A stretch of DNA of 29,208 nucleotides from a virus. Lineage: Duplodnaviria; Caudoviricetes. Where the stretch lies: positions 1-29,208 of IMG/VR virus record IMGVR_UViG_3300008261_000171, one strand, 5' to 3'. Each line of letters starts with the position of its first letter. Within the stretch, counting starts at the first letter, position 1. This document shows, in pieces, positions 1 to 6,385 of this stretch. The position numbers and the translations under genes are program-made. The notes beneath the pieces are model-generated. The model was not told the DNA's origin. It ran no database searches and saw only the letters and a list, made by a program, of their open reading frames with translations.

Positions 1-378
1 GGTATTGTAATCGTATGTGCCACCAACTCTGGCAACAAAGTATCCATCATCATCGATGAAATAAGAAATTCTTCGAAAATCAAACCTGAACTGTTGATAT
101 TTATCAGCAGGGTGGTTAGTATATGATTTTTCTTCTGTAGTTTCTTCGACGTAATCAATTCCCTCTAAAAAGTCAGGATATTGACTGCCATCTGTTCTAT
201 AAAAATCACCAACTACATTAGAATCAGTTGATCTTACTTGTGTATAATAAAGCATTCCACTAGAATCTCTGCGAAGAGCGTGAATATACCAATCATTTTC
301 TTTTTTGAGGGTAGAAGTGTCGTTAAACGAACTACTTCCACCCAAAGAAGATGATGCCATACTGTTGCTTAGAAACAT
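1..378 (-). CDS. Conserved hypothetical phage protein, probably virion-associated (3' end runs off the window)
   Basis: Not in the ORF track; translated by hand. ATG at 378 (alternative ATG at 360), open to position 1: MFLSNSMASSSLGGSS...WYIHALRRDSSGMLYYTQVRS...DKYQQFRFDFRRISYFIDDDGYFVARVGGTYDYNT. Starts 2 nt after the upstream stop, with A/T-ending codon bias like its neighbours. Confidence 0.85.
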   Translation of the reverse strand, partial: MFLSNSMASSSLGGSSSFNDTSTLKKENDWYIHALRRDSSGMLYYTQVRSTDSNVVGDFYRTDGSQYPDFLEGIDYVEETTEEKSYTNHPADKYQQFRFDFRRISYFIDDDGYFVARVGGTYDYNT

Positions 379-380
379 TG

Positions 381-830
381 TCATGCAGAGACCCTCCAGT
401 AAGTACCTTCCCAGATCAATTCGACACTAGCACCAGAAACATCACATACAAGTGGGGCATCAATTAACCCCGAAGCATTTTTAAATTTCTGATTATTTTG
501 AGTGACTACTATAAGATTATTTATGCTCCAGAAAGATTTTGAATCAAACAGGCTAATATAGTCACCAGTGTTTATAAGGGTAGGCAAAGTGACAGAATAC
601 TCAGCACTGGAAGTGTCTACGTGATATTTTGTATTTGCTTTTAGTGTTGTTGATGATGAAATTAGTGTGTATCTTGCCTTTGATACTTCAAAACCTCCAG
701 TTGTTAATCCATCATGTACTCTTATTACACTCTTATCTGTATCAACGGTAACTTCAGCCAAAGCACCAGTAAACGAAGCATGTTCTTGCTCAGTACCTTT
801 TCTGAGTTGAACTCGTTTTGTATTTGCCAT
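381..830 (-). CDS. Virion structural protein: N-terminal Mtd_N-like domain plus C-terminal T4 gp9/gp10-like beta domain
   Basis: KRVQLRKGTEQEHASFTGALAEVTVDTDKSVIRVHDGLTTGG matches the Mtd_N-type fiber attachment motif (QLRRGT...FTGA.GE.T.DTD....VHDG.T.GG). YHVDTSSAEYSVTLP...GDYISLFD...W..NNL resembles the gp9/gp10-type motif. Confidence 0.8.
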   Translation of the reverse strand: MANTKRVQLRKGTEQEHASFTGALAEVTVDTDKSVIRVHDGLTTGGFEVSKARYTLISSSTTLKANTKYHVDTSSAEYSVTLPTLINTGDYISLFDSKSFWSINNLIVVTQNNQKFKNASGLIDAPLVCDVSGASVELIWEGTYWRVSA

Positions 831-852
831 TTATATAAAGATTGTATATCTT

Positions 853-859
853 TATTTAT
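853..859 (-). promoter_or_regulatory. Putative T4-type (gp55) late promoter ATAAATA
   Basis: ATAAATA on the minus strand overlapping the TGA of the 1710-aa gene, 22 nt upstream of the ATG at 830. Confidence 0.6.
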
Positions 860-3800
860 CAAATTATGTAAATTCTGATTGGTTTTGGTGAATCAAATTC
901 AACATATCTATTTGTCGATACACCATTAAATTGTACCTGTGTAATTCCAACATAACCAGCATGTCCAAACATCTCTTTAGATGCACCAGACAATCTAAAG
1001 AGTATTTGTGTTCTATCATAAGGAACAACTCTTGCGATTCCTGCCGACTGGAATCCAAATATTCTTCCTGTTCCAAGATATGCTTCGGTATTCTTCTCGA
1101 CAGCACTTCCTGTAAACTTGAATAGATTTGTTGTTGGTGGGAAGAATGTAACAGATTCTGTCTTGCTGACGAATGCAAAGAGTGACCCAGTACCAATATA
1201 AGTTGCTGGAAGTACAGACTCTTTTGCAGAACCAGTAATTCTGAATAAACCACCAGTTGTACTGACAACTGCTGCGGATTCTGCAGCACCAGTAAATGCA
1301 AATATAGTTCCAGAACCAGTATAACTCTTGCTCTTTCTTTCTTGAGCAGTTCCAACAAAATCAAATAGTGTTGTAGAAATTGATGGAGTGAAGGATACTC
1401 TTTCTGCACCACCACCAAAACCAAACAATGTTCCAGTAGTGGTCCAATTTGTGTTTCTTTCTGTTTTTGCTGCACCACCAAATTTGAATAGTGAAGTTTT
1501 TGTTGGAGGAGCAGCAACAAAGGATTCTTGAGCACTAACAAGAATAACTTTTCCGTTAATATCAAGGATTGAATCCTTAGTGCGGAAACGAATAAGTCCA
1601 GAACCAGTGTAAGATTCTGTATTTGCTTCAACTGCAGAACCAGAGAACTTAAATAGTGTAGTTTTTGTTTCTGCAGAACTGGTAGATTCTGTCTTACTAA
1701 CGAATGTGAAGAGTGAACCAGTACCAATATGACTATAAACATTTCGTACTGTACCAGTACCAGTAATCTTAAAGAGTGTCTTAAATTCTGGTAGTTTTCT
1801 GCCAATGGACTCTGCACCACCAGTAAATCCAAAGATACGTCCAGAACCAGTGTAAGATTCTGTATTCTTCTCGATTGCAGAACCAAAAATTGTGGTTTTT
1901 CCAGAACCAATGTGCTTCAGTCTTGCAATTATATTTGCAGAACCAGAAAGTTTTGTTGATATTGAACCAACATATGCTTCTGTATTTCTTTCGGTTGCAG
2001 CACCAGTAAATCTGAATAGTGTTCCACTTACTGGTGGTCTGCTTGCTGCAACTGTTGTTGCGGAATTTAGACCAAATAGTGAACCAGTTCCAATGTATGG
2101 TCTTGTTCTTGGTGTTTCTGCACTACCATTAATTGAGAGTTGTCCTTCACCAACGTGAACTGGTTTTGTTTGGGTTCTTGCATTTCCAGCAAGTGTAATA
2201 GTACCAGAACCAACTTCTCCGTAAATAAAGAATAGTGTAACAACACCAGTTGCTCTGAATAGAGCACCATCAGTTTTTGGAACAACAGTTTTTCTTTCAA
2301 TTCCAGAAATATAACGTTGTTTTTCACGAGCATCGAGACCAGAAACTCTTTGTCTGAGACTAAATGTTCCTCGTCCAACTTCTGTTAAGGTGAATCCAAT
2401 TGAAGCTTCACCATTAACTCTGAATAGTGCTCCTTGTACAGTTAAGGTTCCTGCAAATACTGCACTTGAACCAGTGAATGCAAAGATACGTCCAGAACCA
2501 GTGTAAGATTCTGTATTCTTCTCGATTGCAGCACCAGTAAATCTGAATAGTCCTGTTGTCGATTGAGCAATTGCTCTTGCCTCTGCACCACCAGTAAATG
2601 CAAAGATACGACCAGAACCAACATAAGATTCTGTATTCTTCTCTACTACAGAACCAAAGAACTTGAATAGACCTGTTGTTGATTGTGCATTTGAACGTAC
2701 TTCTGTTGCACTTGCAAACGTAAAGATACGTCCAGAACCAGCATAAGATTCTGTATTTCTCTCGACTGCAGTTCCAGTAAATTTGAACAGTCCAGTTGCA
2801 GTAAGAGTGCTTGAAGTAGATTCCGCAGCACCAGTAAATGCAAAAATACGTCCAGAACCAATATGTGGTGCTGGAGTAATTGATTGTGGTGAAGAACCAA
2901 AGAATTTGAATAGTCCTGTTGTCGATTGGGCATTCGATTTGGTTTCTGATGCTCCTGTAAATGCAAAGATACGTCCAGAACCAGCATAAGATTCTGTATT
3001 TCTTTCAACTGCAGCACCAGAAAGAGTAATTTTTCCAGAACCAATGTGTGGTTCTTGAGTAATTGACTCTTGACCACCAACAATTGCAAAGAGAGATCCA
3101 GAACCAACATGGACTAAGGCAAAACCAATAGTTGCAGAACTAATTCTGCTTATTTGTAGGTTTCCAGTACCATTATATCCAAATGACCTATATGCAGGTA
3201 TTGGTGTTGAGAATACTTTTGCTCGACCAGAACCAACGTAAGATTCTGTATTTCTCTCGACTGCAGCACCAAAAACAGTAAGAGTTCCAGAACCAATATG
3301 CGATTCTTGAGTAATTGACTCTTGACCACCAACAATTGCAAAGAGAGATCCAGAACCAACGTGAGATAGAGATGATTTGAGTTGTGCAGAACCAAGGAAT
3401 TTGAATAGTCCTGTTGATTCTGGTGCAAATAACGTTGTCTCTGAAGAACCAGTAAATGCAAATAGTGAACCAGAACCAACATGAGATAGTGATGCTTTTA
3501 TTGCTGCTTTATCATCACTAAATCTAAATCTTCCGAATGGGAATCTATTTTCAACATCAGTAATATAACCATAATTACGTTTTTGCTGTCCGTAATTTGT
3601 TGGTTGTGTGATGTATCCATAATCATCGGGATTATCAACACCAAATTCTGAAACAATTTCATTAGCATAGTTGCTAATTGGTTGATTCTGATAATCAAAG
3701 ATACTATTGCTGCCACTAATATTAATTGGGGTTTCTGTTATGAAACCATAATCAAGTGACTCTAGATTTACTACAGAAGATTCATTGTAATCGTATGTAA

Positions 3801-5991
3801 CTTTCTCTGCATGACCAACAAATCCAAAGAGTGAACCAGAACCAACATAAGACTCTGCATTCTTCTCGACGGCAGAACCAATAAACTTGAATAGTCCTGT
3901 TGCTGATGGAATATTTGCTTTTGCTTCCGCAGCACCAGTAAATGCAGAAAACTGTCCAGAACCAATATGTGGTGCAGGAGCAAATGCCTGATTTGCAGAA
4001 CCATTGATTTTGAATAGTTCTGTTGATTCTGGTGGATTTGCTCCCAGAGATTCTGCAGATCCAGTAAATGCAAATAGTGAACCAGATCCAATATGAGATA
4101 GTGATGCAGATAGTCCTGCATCTCCACCAAATACAATATTTCCAGAACCAACATGTATTGGTAGAACAAATATTCTTGCAGTTCCAGTTAATTCTAGTGT
4201 TGGTGTTCCAAAAATAGATGGTGACTGGGCAACTTGAGTTGAAGACTCTAGTTTTAGTTTTCCGAATGGGAATCTGTTGTCTATTTCAGTAATAAATCCA
4301 TAATTAACCTTATCCCAAGGTTCTTGTGGATTTGGATCTTCAGTAATTATTCCATAATCATCATCTAGATTTTCAATACCAAACTGGGATACAATTTCAT
4401 TAGCATAATTGCTAACTGGTTGATTCTGATAATCAAATATTACGTTACTATTACTAATATTTGTTGGTGAATCAGAAACAAATCCATAATCTAGAGAATC
4501 AATAGTTACTATTGATGATTCATTGTAATCATAAGTAACTCTTTCTGCATGACCAACGAATCCAAATAGTGAACCAGAACCAACATAAGATTCTCCATTC
4601 TTCTCGACTGCAGAACCACTGAAAGTAAACAGATTTGTTTCTGCTTTTGTAATAATAACTCTTGAATATCCTGATCCAGTAAATGCAGAAAACTGTCCAG
4701 AACCAATATGTGGTGCAGGAGCAGATATTTCTTTAGCAGAACCATTAATCTTAAATAGTTCTGTTGATTCTGGTGGATTTGCTCCGAGTGATACTGCAGA
4801 TCCAGTAAATCCAAAGATACGTCCAGAACCAATATGAGATAGTGCTGCCTTTGGCTCAGAATTACCACTAAGGTTGAATACACCAGAACCAACATGTATT
4901 GGCAATACGAATATACGTACAACACCAGATACAGATATTTCTGCAGAACCAAAAATAGATGGTGATTGTACTACTGTAGTTAATGATGCTAGTTTTAATC
5001 CACCAAATGGAAGTCTAGTATCATTATCAGTAATAAATCCATAATTAACCTTATCCCAAGGTTCTTGTGGATTTGGATCTTCAGTAATTATTCCATAATC
5101 ATCTTCTACATTCTCAATTCCAAATTGAGATACAATTTCGTTAGCATAAGTACTAATGCTTGTATTTCGATAATCAAAAATAACATTACTGTTAGTAATA
5201 TTTGTTGGTGTATCAGAAATAAATCCGTAATCTATTCCTTCTGGTCTTACTACTGAAGACTCATTGTAATCATAAGTAACTCTTTCTGCATGACCAACAA
5301 ATCCAAAGAGTGAACCAGAACCAACATAAGACTCTGCATTCTTTTCTATTGCTGTACCAGTAAATCTGAATATATTTGTTTCTGCTTTCGTAATAATGAT
5401 TCTTGAGAATCCCGCACCAGTAAACGTAGAGAATTGACCAGTTGCAGAATAGTTTCCTCGTGAGAATGCATGAAAAGCACCACCAGAAAAGACGATAGTA
5501 CGCTTTTTGCTTTCTGATGGTGCGTTGGATATTGTATATGTCGAACTACTAAATCCAAATAGTTTTCCAGTACCAATTTGATTGGCAAGTCTGGATTGTC
5601 CTGCAGAACCATCTGCTCGAATCCTTCCAGAACCAACGTGTATTGGTAATACAAATATTTTGGCCTTTCCACTTACGAGGAAAGATAGTCCACCAACACT
5701 TCTTCTTACCAAAGAAACATCAGCAAACTCGGTGGATATGCTTAGTTTTCCAAATGGTATATTTTGACGAAGTATTGTTATACTTCCGTAATTGAATATC
5801 TGCTTTTCGCTGGTAATGCTATCTGTAATTAAACCAAAATCATCATAATAACTAACAAATTCTCCAATTAATCCATAATCTTCACTTTCAAAAAATATAA
5901 TGGAGCTAGTGTTATACGAAAAAACACCTCTCTCTTCTAACTCGCCAGAAGAAAGAGAGGTGTTATTTCCAGTATAACTAAATACTGCCAT
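859..5991 (-). CDS. 1710-aa Gly/Ser/Thr/Phe-rich repetitive virion structural protein (fiber/scaffold-like), function unknown
   Basis: Long ORF with a GAGGAG RBS upstream. Dozens of ~20-aa units of the type (H/Y)(V/I/T)GSG(R/S)(I/L)F(A/G)FTG alternating with TGLFKF.GSAVE(K/R)N.ESY, plus acidic DYG(F/I)IT modules in the N-terminal half. Confidence 0.85.
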   Translation of the reverse strand: MAVFSYTGNNTSLSSGELEERGVFSYNTSSIIFFESEDYGLIGEFVSYYDDFGLITDSITSEKQIFNYGSITILRQNIPFGKLSISTEFADVSLVRRSVGGLSFLVSGKAKIFVLPIHVGSGRIRADGSAGQSRLANQIGTGKLFGFSSSTYTISNAPSESKKRTIVFSGGAFHAFSRGNYSATGQFSTFTGAGFSRIIITKAETNIFRFTGTAIEKNAESYVGSGSLFGFVGHAERVTYDYNESSVVRPEGIDYGFISDTPTNITNSNVIFDYRNTSISTYANEIVSQFGIENVEDDYGIITEDPNPQEPWDKVNYGFITDNDTRLPFGGLKLASLTTVVQSPSIFGSAEISVSGVVRIFVLPIHVGSGVFNLSGNSEPKAALSHIGSGRIFGFTGSAVSLGANPPESTELFKINGSAKEISAPAPHIGSGQFSAFTGSGYSRVIITKAETNLFTFSGSAVEKNGESYVGSGSLFGFVGHAERVTYDYNESSIVTIDSLDYGFVSDSPTNISNSNVIFDYQNQPVSNYANEIVSQFGIENLDDDYGIITEDPNPQEPWDKVNYGFITEIDNRFPFGKLKLESSTQVAQSPSIFGTPTLELTGTARIFVLPIHVGSGNIVFGGDAGLSASLSHIGSGSLFAFTGSAESLGANPPESTELFKINGSANQAFAPAPHIGSGQFSAFTGAAEAKANIPSATGLFKFIGSAVEKNAESYVGSGSLFGFVGHAEKVTYDYNESSVVNLESLDYGFITETPINISGSNSIFDYQNQPISNYANEIVSEFGVDNPDDYGYITQPTNYGQQKRNYGYITDVENRFPFGRFRFSDDKAAIKASLSHVGSGSLFAFTGSSETTLFAPESTGLFKFLGSAQLKSSLSHVGSGSLFAIVGGQESITQESHIGSGTLTVFGAAVERNTESYVGSGRAKVFSTPIPAYRSFGYNGTGNLQISRISSATIGFALVHVGSGSLFAIVGGQESITQEPHIGSGKITLSGAAVERNTESYAGSGRIFAFTGASETKSNAQSTTGLFKFFGSSPQSITPAPHIGSGRIFAFTGAAESTSSTLTATGLFKFTGTAVERNTESYAGSGRIFTFASATEVRSNAQSTTGLFKFFGSVVEKNTESYVGSGRIFAFTGGAEARAIAQSTTGLFRFTGAAIEKNTESYTGSGRIFAFTGSSAVFAGTLTVQGALFRVNGEASIGFTLTEVGRGTFSLRQRVSGLDAREKQRYISGIERKTVVPKTDGALFRATGVVTLFFIYGEVGSGTITLAGNARTQTKPVHVGEGQLSINGSAETPRTRPYIGTGSLFGLNSATTVAASRPPVSGTLFRFTGAATERNTEAYVGSISTKLSGSANIIARLKHIGSGKTTIFGSAIEKNTESYTGSGRIFGFTGGAESIGRKLPEFKTLFKITGTGTVRNVYSHIGTGSLFTFVSKTESTSSAETKTTLFKFSGSAVEANTESYTGSGLIRFRTKDSILDINGKVILVSAQESFVAAPPTKTSLFKFGGAAKTERNTNWTTTGTLFGFGGGAERVSFTPSISTTLFDFVGTAQERKSKSYTGSGTIFAFTGAAESAAVVSTTGGLFRITGSAKESVLPATYIGTGSLFAFVSKTESVTFFPPTTNLFKFTGSAVEKNTEAYLGTGRIFGFQSAGIARVVPYDRTQILFRLSGASKEMFGHAGYVGITQVQFNGVSTNRYVEFDSPKPIRIYII
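2481..3010. repeat. Intragenic tandem repeat, ~120-bp (40-aa) period
   Basis: cg(t/a)ccagaacca recurs at about 2489, 2609, 2729, 2849 and 2972 (spacings 120, 120, 120, 123). It encodes GSGRIFAFTG...TTGLFKF.G..VE.NTESY. Confidence 0.9.
3530..5925. repeat. Intragenic long tandem repeat, ~738-741-bp (246-247-aa) period, about three and a third copies
   Basis: tctgcatgaccaac begins at 3806, 4544 and 5285. A 77-bp block is identical at 4286-4362 and 5027-5103. GSGSLFGFVGHAE(R/K)VTYDYNESS and IFVLPIHVGSG each occur three times in the protein. Confidence 0.9.
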
Positions 5992-5996
5992 TATGA

Positions 5997-6002
5997 CTCC
6001 TC
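5997..6002 (-). promoter_or_regulatory. Shine-Dalgarno GAGGAG for the 1710-aa gene
   Basis: Minus strand reads AAAAGAGGAGTCATAATG. Confidence 0.7.
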
Positions 6003-6006
6003 TTTT

Positions 6007-6369
6007 TTAGGTCACTTGAACAGTGCTTAACGTTCCAGTAGTACTAACACCTAATCTCCACCTTGTACCGTTTGATGCAGTTAGTATTACTCCCTGTGAT
6101 GTATTTATACCAACTTGAACATCACCTAAAACATCCAAAGTTGCTCTTGGTACTGTGCTTCCAACTCCAACAGCAAACCCAGGAGAAACAATTAAATCAC
6201 CTGCAACTTGTCCATTTATATCTAAGTTTTTACTCAATTGGACAGTATCTGCATTTAAATTTATAAAAGCAGGGGAATTAACATCTATTGTTCCATCTGA
6301 ACTAACAGATGAGTACCCATTAGTGCTTAGTAATTTTAGATTTTTTGTTGTAAAATCGGTATCTGCCAT
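6007..6369 (-). CDS. Small tail-fiber-like protein (120 aa)
   Basis: Contains VGVGSTVPRATLDVLGD (a VGIGT.NP-type fiber repeat) and ends in GVILTASNGTRWRLGVSTTGTLST, a C-terminal motif I recognise from cyanophage-like fiber proteins. Confidence 0.7.
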   Translation of the reverse strand: MADTDFTTKNLKLLSTNGYSSVSSDGTIDVNSPAFINLNADTVQLSKNLDINGQVAGDLIVSPGFAVGVGSTVPRATLDVLGDVQVGINTSQGVILTASNGTRWRLGVSTTGTLSTVQVT

Positions 6370-6378
6370 TTTTTTAAA

Positions 6379-6385
6379 TATTTAG
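6379..6385 (-). promoter_or_regulatory. Putative late promoter variant CTAAATA
   Basis: TAAATA core overlapping the protease stop codon, 9 nt upstream of the ATG at 6369. Confidence 0.45.

Noticed and set aside
2481-3010. Regularly spaced ~120-bp repeats resembling a CRISPR array
   Set aside because: The period is a multiple of 3, the 'spacers' are homologous to each other, the repeats are degenerate at synonymous sites within an ORF, and no cas genes are present.
864-5672. Nine same-frame minus-strand ORFs (up to 348 aa, Leu/Val/Gln-rich) overlapping the 1710-aa gene
   Set aside because: All are the +1 frame of the real gene: GGT TCT GGA reads as V-L. Stops in that frame need NTA or NTG codons, which are scarce in this Gly/Ser/Thr/Phe-rich gene. 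No independent RBS or protein-like features.
381-5991. Diversity-generating retroelement suggested by the Mtd_N domain plus nearby repeats
   Set aside because: No reverse transcriptase, no non-coding template repeat and no C-type-lectin variable region in the window. The repeat differences are not adenine-specific.
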